From the NCBI GenBank assembly GCA_963705305.1, contig OY970067.1:1824001-1888000 (forward strand): a DNA stretch of 64,000 nt. Reading direction: 5' to 3'. Source of the DNA: an uncultured Methylomirabilota bacterium. GTDB lineage: Bacteria > Methylomirabilota > Methylomirabilia > Methylomirabilales > 2-02-FULL-66-22. Position numbers and translations under genes: made by a program. Below, one piece after another: positions 38,761 through 49,665 of the stretch. Within the stretch, counting starts at the first letter, position 1, and every line of letters begins with the position of its first letter. The notes below the pieces were generated by a model. It was not told the DNA's origin and made no database searches. It saw nothing but the letters and a program-made list of their open reading frames with translations.

Positions 38761-40333
38761 ATGGCTGGACGGAGGTGCGAGGTGACCGATGTACGCGAAG
38801 TGCTCCGCCGGCTCCGCCTCGGAGAGCCGGCCCGCCGGATCGCCCGCGAACTCGGGCTCAGTCGGAACACCGTGGCCGGCTACCACCGCTGGGCGCGGCA
38901 GCACGGCCTGCTCACCGGCGAACTGCCCGACGCGGCCGCGCTGGCCACGCTGCTCCACCCGCCGGAGCGCGCCCAGCCCCGGCTCGAGCAGTCCGGCGTG
39001 GCCCCGTTCCGCGCGCAGGTGGTGGCGTGGCGCCAGCAGGGTGTGGAGGGCCAGGCGATCTTCCAGCTCCTCGTCGAACAGCATGGCTTCACCGGGAGCT
39101 ACTCCGCCGTGAAGCGCTTCCTCCGCCGCCTGGAGCCGCCGACCCCGCGGGCCACGGTCCGGGTGGAGACGCCCCCGGGGGAGGAAGCGCAGGTCGACTT
39201 CGGCGCGGCGGGCCAGTTCTTCGATCCCGACCAGGGCCGCCTCCGCCGCGCCTGGGCGTTCGTGATGACGTTGGCCTTCAGCCGCCACCAGGTCCGTGGA
39301 GTTCGTCTTCGACCAGACCGTGACCACCTGGTGCCGCTGCCACCGCGCCGCCTTCGAGTGGTTCCAGGGGGTGACGCGCCGGGTGGTGCTCGATAACCTG
39401 AAGGCCGCCATCGTCCACGCGGCCCTCTACGACCCGGAGGTCCAGCGCGTCTACCGAGAGTGCGCCGAGCACTACGGCTTCCTCATCGCGCCCTGTCGGG
39501 TGCGGACCCCCGAGCACAAGGGCAAGGTCGAGCAGGGGGGCGTCCACTACGTGAAGCGCAATTGCCTCGCCGGCCAGGCCTTCCGCGACCTCCACCACGC
39601 GAACCAGCACGGCCTCCGCTGGTGCCTGGAGACCGCCGGGAGGCGCCGCCACGGCACGATCAAGCAGCAGCCCCTGGTGGCCTTCGAGACGGTCGAGCGG
39701 GCCGCGCTCCTCCCGCTCCCGGCGACCCCGTGGGCGCCGGTGACCTGGAAGCAGGCGAAGCTGCACCCCGACTGCCACGTCGTCTTCGCTGGCGCCTACT
39801 ACTCGGCGCCCTTCCGCCTGATCGGGCAGCGGCTCTGGGTGCGGGCCACGGCCACCCAGGTGCAGCTCTTCCACGAGCACGCCCTGGTCGCCACGCACCT
39901 CGCGGCCCGCCCCGGGCAGCGGCGCACACTCCACGACCACCTCCCCCCGGACAAGGTCCACTTCCTGCTGCAGACGCCGCTCTGGTGCCAGCAGCGGGCC
40001 GCCGACATCGGCCCGACCTGCGCCGCGTTCATCGCCGCCCTGCTGGGGGAGCGGCCCCTCGATCGGCTGCGGACCGCCCAGGGCGTTCTCCGGTTGGCGC
40101 CGCGCTACGGCGCGGCGCGCCTCGAGGCCGCCTGTGCCCGGGCGCTCGCGGTCGGCGAGATCCGGTATGCCACGGTGAAGACCATCCTGGCCGCGGGCCT
40201 CGATCGGCAGCCGCTGCTCGAGTTGGGGCTGGCGCCTCCGCCGCCCCCTGCCGCACCGCCCCCGCGGCATGCGCGCCCCTGGACCGACTTCTTCCCCGAC
40301 CCCGGTGGCGAAGGAGGTCCCCCATGGAACTGA
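38761..40333 (+). pseudogene. istA: IS21 transposase IstA, frameshift near 39291
   Basis: HTH; PGEEAQVDFG; VLDNLKA; KGKVE; split over two frames. Confidence 0.9.
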
Positions 40334-41117
40334 CGCACCAGCTCACCCCGATGCTCCGCACGCTCCGGCTCTCCGGGATCCTGGAGACCCTGGAGGTGCG
40401 CAACCACCAGGCGATCGAGAGCCGCGCCTCGTTCGTCGAGTTCCTGACCCTGCTCCTGCACGACGAGGTGGAGCGGCGGGCCCAGTCCGCCCTCCGGCTC
40501 CGCCTCCGCCGCGCGGCCTTCGATCCTGGCAAGACGCTCGAGGGCTTCGACTTCGGCTTCAACCCAAAGTTGAACAAGGCCCAGGTCTTCGACCTCGCCA
40601 CCTGCCAGTTCGTCGCACGGCACGAGAACGTGTTGATCTACGGCCCGACCGGCGTGGGCAAGAGCCACCTGTCGCAAGCCCTGGCGCACGAGGCGTGCCG
40701 CCGCGGGTACGAGGTCCTCTTCGTGTCCACCGGGAAGCTGCTGGCCCCCTGGCCGGCGGCCGGGCCGACGGCACGCTCGCCCACCGGCTGGCCAAGTACC
40801 TGCGGCCCGATGTGCTCGTCCTGGATGACTTCGGGCTGAAGGCCCTCCGGGCCCCCGGCCCCGAGGACCTCTACGACATCATCCACGAGCGGTACGAGCG
40901 CGCGTCCATCGTGCTCACGAGCAACCGGGCCGTGAGCGAGTGGCCGGAGATCTTCGGCGAGCCGCTCCTGGCCTCCGCGGCCTTGGATCGGCTGACCCAC
41001 CGGGCCCACTTCGTGGAGATCACGGGGGCCAGCTACCGGGCCGAGCAGACCAAGCAGCAGCTCGCGGCCCAGCGGCGCAGTAAGCCGTCACCGAAGCAGG
41101 AGGCACGCCCAGCGTAA
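40324..41117 (+). pseudogene. istB: IS21 ATPase IstB, frameshift near 40747
   Basis: GPTGVGKSHL, VLVLDDFG, TSNR, LDRL; split over two frames. Confidence 0.9.
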
Positions 41118-41213
41118 AGGTCCGGACAACCCACTTGCGAGGGACCCGGCTACGTCCTTCGCTGGCTCACCATGGGGTGACCCTGAGTGGCTCTCAATGG
41201 CCGGCCGTTGACA

Positions 41214-41575
41214 CAAAATGCGACATCAAGATTCTGGGGCGGACGACGGAAGCGGCCGAACGTTTTCACCGAGCACGGGGCCATCATGGCGGCAAACGTC
41301 CTGAACAGCAGCCGGGCCATTGATGTGAGCGTCTTTGTGGTCCGAGCGTTCGTGCGGCTGCGAGAGATGGCGGTCGTGAATCAGGAAGTTGCCAGGAGGC
41401 TGGACGAGCTGGACCGGAAGGCTGCGGGCCACGACAAAGCCATCCGCTCGCTGGTCCAGACCATTCGCCAGCTTATGGCGCCCGCCGATAAGGGGCGCCG
41501 GTCCATCGGCTTCCGGGTGGAGGAGGGGCGGCCGCCGTACGGGAAGCCTCGGCGGGTCGGAGTGGGACGGAAGAC
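41214..41575 (+). pseudogene. 5'-truncated ORF6N-domain protein
   Basis: GGRRKRPNVFTEHGAIMAANVLNS...VVRAFVRLR...IGF; paralogue of 41707. Confidence 0.8.
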
Positions 41576-42440
41576 TAAATTATCAAGGCCTGACCCCAGG
41601 CGATTTGGTGTAAGGATAATAAGGAAGCAACGTCCCCTAAGTTTGGGGTGGGGGGCGGAGGAGAGCAACGGGGCCACGGAGAAACGGCGCGTTTCGGAGA
41701 GGGCGAATGCCTGAGGGCAGAAGTAGTATCCAGGCTGCTGCTCGTCGAGTGGAGGAGATGATCGTCGTCGTCCGTGGCGAACGCGTGATACTGGACCACG
41801 ATCTGGCACAGCTCTATGACGTCACCACCAAGGCCTTGAACCAGGCGGTGAAGCGGAACCCCGGGCGCTTCCCTGTTGACTTTCTGTTTCGGCTCACGTT
41901 TCAAGAGGTTGCCGACCTACAATCACAGTCTGGAACCTCAGGTGCAAGGGGGAACCGGTCACAAATTGTGACCGGTTCCGAGAAGCACCGAAATCCACGG
42001 TTCCTTCCGTATGCCTTCACAGAACATGGCGCGCTCATGGCGGCGAATGTTCTGCGGAGTCCGCGGGCCGTGGAGATGAGCGTGTTCGTGGTCCGTGCCT
42101 TCGTCCGTCTGCGCCAGTCGCTCGCCGGTCATGCCGACCTGGCCCGCCGGCTTGGCGAAATGGAGAAGCGCTACGATGCGCAGTTCAAAATCGTCTTCGA
42201 TGCCATCCGGCAGCTCATGGCATCACCCGAGAAGCTGCGGCGCTCCATCGGCTTCCGAGTGGAGGAGAGACGGCCGCCATACGGGAAGCCTCGGCGGGTC
42301 GGAGTGGGGCGGTAAAGCAAATTATCAAGGCCTGGCGCCAGGCGATTTGGAACAAGGATAATAAGGAAGCAACGTCCCCTAAGTTGGGGGTGGGAGGGCG
42401 GAGGAGGGCAACGGGGCAGCGGAGGAGAGGAGATACGGAG
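41497..42440 (+). repeat. ~200-bp direct repeat (about 41497-41695 and 42238-42440)
   Basis: Shared TCCATCGGCTTCCG...AAATTATCAAGGCCTG...AAGGATAATAAGGAAGCAACGTCCCCTAAGTT. Confidence 0.85.
41707..42315 (+). CDS. ORF6N-domain DNA-binding protein
   Basis: RGERVILDHDLAQLYDV...LNQAVKRN..RFP.DF; PYAFTEHGA. Confidence 0.9.
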   Translation: MPEGRSSIQAAARRVEEMIVVVRGERVILDHDLAQLYDVTTKALNQAVKRNPGRFPVDFLFRLTFQEVADLQSQSGTSGARGNRSQIVTGSEKHRNPRFLPYAFTEHGALMAANVLRSPRAVEMSVFVVRAFVRLRQSLAGHADLARRLGEMEKRYDAQFKIVFDAIRQLMASPEKLRRSIGFRVEERRPPYGKPRRVGVGR

Positions 42441-42860
42441 ACTGAGCATTGATGGGGGTACTCCGACACCCCGGTTCTCCGGTTCACCGTTTCCCGTCGT
42501 GACAATCTTGGCGTGAGGCTCAGAGGTTTTTCCGGTAGCTGATCGCTGACCTCTGATCTCTGACCTTTGGCCTGCTGGCTTGGAACGGCGGATCTGGAGA
42601 GGGGGAGGCAGGTTCACGCAAAGCCGCCAAGGGCGCGAAGGAGACCAGTCCCTGGCTGGAGGCTGACCCCTGACTTCTGACTACTGACCTCTGTCTTTCC
42701 CGGAGGAGAGAACGGTGGAGGAGCCGGAAGAACGTCGGCGTCACCACTCCGAACGTCACTCCGCATTCGAGCCGATGCCGGGACATTCCTAGCCGACCCA
42801 ATCGCCGATTCTCGTCCGAGGATCGGCGATTGTCTTCTCATTGATAGGAGTCGCCTCTCC

Positions 42861-45552
42861 GTGGCGCGAGCAGGCCCCCAAGACTCCGAGTGGCGCACCC
42901 GCAAGCGCCTGATCGACCCCAGACTGCGCGCTGCCGGCTGGCGGGTGGTGAAGTTTGACCCCACCCACCCGTTCGGCAAGTCCGATGCCCTCGCTGTCGA
43001 GGAGTTCCCCACCGACAACGGCCCCGCTGACTACGCCCTCTGCGTGGACGGCCGGCTCCTCGGCGTCGTCGAGGCCAAGAAGCTCACCCTCGGCCCGCAG
43101 AATGCCCTGACCCAAGCCGAGCGCTATTCCCGCGGGGCCACGGCGAGCCCCCTCGACTTCAGCGGTTTTCACGTTCCTTTCCTCTATGCCACAAACGGCG
43201 AGGTTCTCTGGCACCACGACGTGCGGCATCCCCAGAGCCGCTCGCGCCGGATCGCCCATTTCCACACCCCGGACGCCCTGCGCGAACTGCTTGCCCGCGA
43301 CACCGAGGCGGCCTGTGACCAGCTGCTCCTGACCCCGAACAACCATCCCCGCCTCCGCCCCTACCAGGGCGAGGCGAACGCCGCCATCGAGCAGGCTCTC
43401 GCCGATCGGAAACGGCACATGCTGGTCGCCATGGCCACGGGGACCGGCAAGACGTTCACGATGGTGAACGAGGTCTACCGCCTGATGAAGGCCGGCGTGG
43501 CCCGGCGGGTCCTCTTCCTGGTGGACCGGCGGGCCCTGGCGGCCCAGGCGGCGCGCGAGTTCGCCTCCTTCGAGGCCGAGCCGGGGAAGAAATTCACCGC
43601 CATCTACGAGGTGTACAGCCAGCGGTTCCGGCGGGAAGACGTTCGAGGGCGAGCCGTTCGACCCCAACGTCCTGCCGGTCTCGTATCTCACGGCGCCTCA
43701 GGCGAGCCACGCCTTCGTCTACATCAGCACCATCCAGCGGATGACCATCAACCTCTTCGGCCGGGCCGCGGCTTTCCCGGCCGGGGACGAGGAAGACGAG
43801 CCGGACGCCGACCGCCTGGACGTCCCCATCCATGCCTTCGACCTCGTCATCGCCGACGAGTGCCACCGGGGCTACACCGCCGCCGAGGTGGCCGTCTGGC
43901 GGAATACCCTGGAGCACTTCGACGCGGTGAAGATCGGCCTCACGGCGACCCCCGCTGCCCACACCACCAGCTACTTCACCAACCTCGTGTTCCGCTACGA
44001 GTACGAGCGGGCCGTGGGGGAAGGGTACCTGGTGGACTACGACGCCGTAGCCGTCCGGTCGGATGTCCGGATGCACGGGCTCTTCCTACCGGAGGGGCAG
44101 CAGGTCGGGATGGTGGACCCCGCCACGGGGGCGGAGCAGCTCGACCTCCTGGAGGCGGAGCGGCAGTACGACACGACCGACATCGAGCGCGGGGTGACCG
44201 CCCCGGACTCCAACCGGAAGATCCTGGAAGAGGTGCGGAGCTACGCCCGCGCCCACGAGGCAGAGTACGGCCGGTTCCCCAAGACGCTGATTTTCGCCGT
44301 TCACGACCTGCCCCACACCTCGCACGCCGACCAGCTTGTGGACCTCGCCCGGGACGTCTTCGGCCAGGGCGACAGCTTCGTCCAGAAGATCACCGGCCGG
44401 GTGGACCGCCCCCTCCAGCGCATCCGGGAGTTCCGCAACCGGAAACTGCCGGCCGTGGTCGTGACCGTGGACATGCTCTCGACGGGCGTGGACATCCCCG
44501 ACCTGGAGTTCATCGTCCTCCTCCGGCCGGTGAAATCGCGCATCCTCTTCGAGCAGATGCTGGGGCGGGGGACGCGCAAGGGCGAGCACTTCCCCGACAA
44601 GACCCACTTCACCGTCTTCGACTGCCTGGGTGGGTCGCTTCTGGAGTACTTCCGCAAAGTGACGGGCATCACCGCCGAGCTGCCCCTCAAAGAGACCCGG
44701 GCGATCGCGGAGCTCATCGAGGACATCTGGCAGAACCGGGACCGGGACTACAACACCCGCTGCCTGGTGAAGCGCTTCCACCGGATTGCCAAAGCCATGT
44801 CGGGGGACGCCCGGGACCTCTTCGCCCGGTTCGTCCCGCAGGGCGATCTCGGCGCCTTCGCCGCCGAGCTGCCCGCGCGCCTCACCCGGGAGTTCTCCGA
44901 CACCATGGCGATCCTGCGCGATCCCGACTTCCAGAAGCTGTTGGAGGATTACCCCCGGCAGGCACGGCCGTTCGTCGTGGCCTACGAGGCCCAGGACACC
45001 GTGGACAGCACCCGGCTGGTCCGCGGCCCCGATGGGACAGAGTACAAGCCCGACGATTACCTGGCGGCCTTCGCCCGCTTTGTGGCGGAGAACGCCGACG
45101 AGATCGCCGCCCTTCGGATCCTCCTGACCGCTCCCCGCGACTGGAACCCGCAGGCCCTCACGGAGCTGCGCAAGCGCCTGCTGGAGTCGTCGCGCCACTT
45201 TACCGAGGCCAGCCTCCAGCGGGCGCACGAGCTGCACTACCGGAAGGCGCTGGTGGACATCATCTCGATGGTCAAGCACGCGGCCCGGGAGGACGAGCCG
45301 CTCTTCACTGCGGGGGAGCGGGTCCAGCGGGCCTTTCTGCGGGTGACCGCCGGCCGGACGTTCACGGCGGAGCAGCAGGAGTGGCTGGACCGGATCCGGG
45401 TGCACCTGGTAGAGAACCTGTCCATCGAGCAGCAGGACTTCGACGATCTTCCCGTCTTCAGCCGGCACGGCGGCTGGGGCCGGGCCAACGGGGCGTTCAC
45501 TGACAGCCTGCCGGCGCTGCTGCGCGGGCTGAACGAGGCCATCGCGGCATGA
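42861..45552 (+). CDS. hsdR: Type I restriction subunit HsdR, with an apparent +1 frameshift at ~43641
   Basis: ADY...VEAK nuclease, MATGTGKT, LVDR, DECHR, TATP, QMLGRGTR; split over the 42861 and 43741 ORFs. Confidence 0.92.
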
Positions 45553-46970
45553 GCAACGTCGTCCAAAAACTCTGGGGCTTCTGCCATACCCTCCGGCACG
45601 ATGGGATCGACCACGGAGACTACATCGAGCAGATCACGTATCTTCTCTTCATCAAGATGGCCGACGAGCGGGGCGTGGCCCTGCCGAAGGACACCGACTG
45701 GAGCAGCCTGACCAAACGGGCCGGGACGGACCTATCCGAGCATTATCAAGATGCGTTGCGGAGGCTCGGTAAGCAGGGGGGCATCCTGGGCGACATCTTC
45801 GCCGACGCCCAGTCCCGCTTCAACAACCCGGTCAACCTCAAGAAGCTTGTCACCCTGGTGGACGAGACCGAGTGGACGGCCCTGGAGGTGGACGTGAAGG
45901 CGGCAGCCTTCGAGGGGCTACTGGAGAAGGCGGCCAGTGAGGGCAAGAAGGGCGCGGGCCAGTATTTCACCCCCCGGATCCTGATCCAGACCATCGTCCG
46001 GTGTATGCGGCCCGATCCCCGGCCCCGGCGCGACTTCACCATCTGCGACCCCGCCTGCGGCACCGGCGGCTTCCTGGTGGCAGCGTACGAGTGGCTGATG
46101 GCGCAGACAAAAGGCGCGCTGGAGCGGGATGTCTGGAAGCGCGTGCGGAAGAGCACCTACTACGGCCAGGACCTCGTGGCCCGGCCTCGCCGCCTGGCCC
46201 TCATGAACCTTTTCCTCCACGGGCTGGAGCCGACGATCCACCTGGGAGACGCCATCTACGAGGCGCCGCGCTCGGAATGGTTCGATGTGGTGATGACCAA
46301 TCCCCCCTTCGGGACCAAGGGGGCGAATCAGGCGCCCGTCCGCGAGGACTTCACTGTCGCCACCTCGAACAAGCAGCTCAACTTCGTCCAGCATGTCCTG
46401 ACCCTCCTCAAGCCCGGCGGCCGGGCCGCCATCGTCCTGCCCGACAATTGCCTCTTCGCCGACCAGGCGGGCGAGGTCTTCAAGATCGTGGCCGAGGACT
46501 GCAACCTCCACACGATCCTCCGCCTCCCACGGGGCACCTTCACCCCCTATAGCCCCGGCGTGAAGGCCAACGTCGCCTTCTTCACCAAGGGCTATCCCAC
46601 CGAGACCGTCTGGATCTACGACGCCCGGACCAACGTCCCGGGGATCACCAAAAAGGATCGTCCCCTCGCCGAGTTCCACTTCGCCGAGTTCGAGAAGTGC
46701 TACGGGGCCGACCCCAACGGAGGACCGAAGCGGAAGCCTAGCGCTTCCAAGGAAGACCGTTGGCGCTCGTTCGGTATCGCCGAGGTCAAGGGGCGCGGCT
46801 TCAAGCTGGACAGTTTCAAGTGGCTGAAAGAGGAATCCCTAGAAGACCCCGACGACCTTCCCGAGCCCGAAGAACTCGCCACCGACGCCATCAGCGAGCT
46901 GGAGGCCGCGGTGGAAGAGCTGAATAAGGTGCTGGTCCTGCTGGAGAACGGGAACGGGGGCCAGGCATGA
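45549..46970 (+). CDS. hsdM: Type I methyltransferase subunit HsdM
   Basis: GQYFTPR, DPACGTGG, NPPF. Confidence 0.96.
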   Translation: MSNVVQKLWGFCHTLRHDGIDHGDYIEQITYLLFIKMADERGVALPKDTDWSSLTKRAGTDLSEHYQDALRRLGKQGGILGDIFADAQSRFNNPVNLKKLVTLVDETEWTALEVDVKAAAFEGLLEKAASEGKKGAGQYFTPRILIQTIVRCMRPDPRPRRDFTICDPACGTGGFLVAAYEWLMAQTKGALERDVWKRVRKSTYYGQDLVARPRRLALMNLFLHGLEPTIHLGDAIYEAPRSEWFDVVMTNPPFGTKGANQAPVREDFTVATSNKQLNFVQHVLTLLKPGGRAAIVLPDNCLFADQAGEVFKIVAEDCNLHTILRLPRGTFTPYSPGVKANVAFFTKGYPTETVWIYDARTNVPGITKKDRPLAEFHFAEFEKCYGADPNGGPKRKPSASKEDRWRSFGIAEVKGRGFKLDSFKWLKEESLEDPDDLPEPEELATDAISELEAAVEELNKVLVLLENGNGGQA

Positions 46971-48553
46971 TGGCCATCACCGCAACAAAGCCCGATTTGC
47001 CCATTGAAGATTCATTGGATGTTGAGGAACTGCCTGAGGGGTGGTGCCTTGTCAGGCTGCCCGATGTTTGCGCCATCAATATGGGTCAGTCACCTCCAGG
47101 GAGAACCTATAACGAGAGGAGGGATGGCTTGCCCTTCTTTCAGGGCAAGGCGGATTTTGGGCCCCTTCATCCAACGGCTCGTAAGTGGTGTTCAGCACCA
47201 TCAAAGACTGCTCGCCCAGGCGACATCCTTATTTCAATTCGGGCACCTGTAGGTCCGACCAACATCGCCGATCAGACCTGCGCAATCGGCCGGGGTCTTT
47301 CTGCGTTGAGCCCGCTAGGCGGAATTCCCAGTCTCTTCATACTTTACGCTCTTCGGTTACAGGAAAAAGCCCTTGCCGAGCAAGGAACCGGCTCCACGTT
47401 TACAGCGATCACACGAGATCACCTAGAAGCCATTAGACTCAGGCTACCTCCTCTGGCCGAGCAGAAGCGGATTGTGGCAAAGGTAGAGGAGTTGCTCGCA
47501 CGCGTGAACGCCGGACGCGAGCGGCTGGCACGTGTCCCTGCCATCCTCAAACGCTTCCGCCAATCCGTCCTCGCCGCCGCCTGCTCGGGTCGCCTTACAT
47601 CAGACTGGCGCGACCAAGGGATCGGACAAGAGACAGAATTGAATAGGCGCCAAGCGGTGCTCAGAGAGCAACTCAATTACCGTGGAGGCGATACAAGGGG
47701 TGGAAATCGTAGCGCAAACAGAAAGGCTGGATCAGAATCTACCGAAGAGTCAATCGGCATCGATGTTAGCAATCTGCCTGAATTGCCCCGTGGGTGGATC
47801 TGGGTGTCACTTGATGCCCTTATCGCATATGGGCCGCAGAACGGCCTATATAAGCCAGCCTCAGACTATGGTGACGGTGTGCCTATTGTCAGGATCGAGA
47901 ATTACCAGGACGACTTTATCCAACCACGCAGCTCCCTCTTAAGGCTCCGCGCCAGCAGTGATGAGAGGTCCTTATACGGTCTCGAGTCTGGAGATTTGTT
48001 GGTAAATAGGGTGAATAGCCCAACACATCTCGGCAAGTCCATAGTCGTTCCTCAGAGTATTTGTCCGGCGGTTTTCGAGTCAAATATGATGAGGATTCGC
48101 GTGTCCGGGGCGGTAATGGCCGAGTGGTTGCATATGTATCTACGCAGTGATGACGGGCGTGCCAGATTGATAGCCGACGCGAAATGGGCCGTCAATCAGG
48201 CGAGTATTAACCAGACAGATGTCCGAAGTACCCCGGTACCGATTCCTTCAGTGGATGAACAACGTGAGGCAGTAAGGAGAACCAAGTCGCTCTTAAATTC
48301 AACTGAGAGAATTGCAAATCGAGTGACGGTAGCAACGTCATACGTGGAAAAAATGAGGCAAGGGATCCTGGCCGGGGCATTCCAGGGCGATTTGGTCCCG
48401 ACCGAGGCCGACTTGGCCCGTGCCGAAGGCCGCCCCTATGAATCCGCGTCTTGTCTCCTTGCGCGGATTCGCTCTGCCCGAACTGCGGAATCCTCGCAGA
48501 TGTCAAGGGCCAGTGATCTGGGGAATTCACGCAACCGCAGGGACGGAATGTGA
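46967..48553 (+). CDS. hsdS: Type I specificity subunit HsdS
   Basis: LPEGW and LPRGW repeats, PPLAEQKRIV, two target-recognition domains. Confidence 0.95.
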   Translation: MMAITATKPDLPIEDSLDVEELPEGWCLVRLPDVCAINMGQSPPGRTYNERRDGLPFFQGKADFGPLHPTARKWCSAPSKTARPGDILISIRAPVGPTNIADQTCAIGRGLSALSPLGGIPSLFILYALRLQEKALAEQGTGSTFTAITRDHLEAIRLRLPPLAEQKRIVAKVEELLARVNAGRERLARVPAILKRFRQSVLAAACSGRLTSDWRDQGIGQETELNRRQAVLREQLNYRGGDTRGGNRSANRKAGSESTEESIGIDVSNLPELPRGWIWVSLDALIAYGPQNGLYKPASDYGDGVPIVRIENYQDDFIQPRSSLLRLRASSDERSLYGLESGDLLVNRVNSPTHLGKSIVVPQSICPAVFESNMMRIRVSGAVMAEWLHMYLRSDDGRARLIADAKWAVNQASINQTDVRSTPVPIPSVDEQREAVRRTKSLLNSTERIANRVTVATSYVEKMRQGILAGAFQGDLVPTEADLARAEGRPYESASCLLARIRSARTAESSQMSRASDLGNSRNRRDGM

Positions 48554-49146
48554 TGACGGCAATTCGCTCGCCAATGAGCGCCGGAGGTGGTTGGCGGTTG
48601 ATTTCCCTGTATTCAAACTACCTGAATCTCGTGCGCCAGAATTTCGAGGAAAACAGGGCATTCGAAGCTATAACCATCTCCTGCATCTGCCTGGACGTCC
48701 TTCTTCATCAGATGGTCGATGGACTGGAGACAAATCACAAAGCGCAACTGGAGCCCGACCAGATTGAATGTATCCGTGGGATCAAGGCGAGGGCTCTGAC
48801 TGCAGGCCAGATTATCAAAGTTCTTGATGAGAGCAAGGTGCTCGATCGACGTCTTCTGAAAGCACTGAACAAATTGAATGAAATCCGGAATCTTCTGGTC
48901 CATCCAACCAAGGGCGATGGTCTTAAGGACGATGCAATTATTCCTCTTGCCGGACACTACAAGACGGAGCACATAGAATATGCTCGCAAAGTGTACCGGC
49001 TACTGTGCCACATTGTTGATGTGGCAGGCGGTAGCTCCCCTCGAAAAGATGACCGATACAAGGGGAGCTTCAGTCGGTCACTCGCACGGATGCAGCGGCA
49101 GAGGCGGGAAGCCTGTACTGAATTGCGGAAACGAAACAAAACCTAA
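48550..49146 (+). CDS. HEPN-like protein coupled to hsdS
   Basis: FEAITI...LD, TAGQII, LNEIRNLLVH (RxxxxH); start overlaps the hsdS stop. Confidence 0.6.
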   Translation: MMTAIRSPMSAGGGWRLISLYSNYLNLVRQNFEENRAFEAITISCICLDVLLHQMVDGLETNHKAQLEPDQIECIRGIKARALTAGQIIKVLDESKVLDRRLLKALNKLNEIRNLLVHPTKGDGLKDDAIIPLAGHYKTEHIEYARKVYRLLCHIVDVAGGSSPRKDDRYKGSFSRSLARMQRQRREACTELRKRNKT

Positions 49147-49665
49147 GCACACTGAAAGAGGGACAGAGATAGAACAAAAAAGAGTCGTCCGAGGGACCCG
49201 TGCAGGAAGAGATGGGGACACGGACGCTCTTTTTCTGAAGGCCAACTGTGTGGTTGTCGGCTGAGCCAAGATGGCCAATCTCGCGGCCATTGCGCCCATC
49301 AGGGACGCGCTCAAAGTAATTGGGGACACTGCATTCTTATTAACTGGCAGGGCTCCTCGACCATGCTTCGAAACGCGGGGCTGGCGCACCCCGGGCGGCC
49401 CCTCGCCGTGATCCGCGAAGCGGCCCGCCGGGGGGCCGCGCATGCCCGGAAGTGGGGCCGCCTCCTCGGAGGCTAAGCGAGGCGAAGTAAATTGGAGCGT
49501 CCCGTATTCCATTGACGTGGGACGATTTCACGATCGATTACATCAAACCGCATAGCAAGGGCGGTCGAAGTCAACTAGAGAACGCGTTTTTAGTGTGCCG
49601 AGAGCGCAACTCCAAGAAAGGAAATTGGCGAAAGAAAAGGACTTCGAATTGATGGAGGGTGTCAC

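Larger units (their letters stand above)
38581..41213 (+). mobile_element. IS21-family insertion sequence
   Basis: Ends TGTCAGCGGCC...GGCCGTTGACA; four ATACTGAGCCACC subterminal repeats (38597-38681); istA and istB; no TSD. Confidence 0.93.

Noticed and set aside
49214..49330. GGGGACAC at ~49214 and ~49322 as extra att sites
   Set aside because: They lack the CA ending and the upstream TCCCC half; they fit the RAYT-type end motifs better
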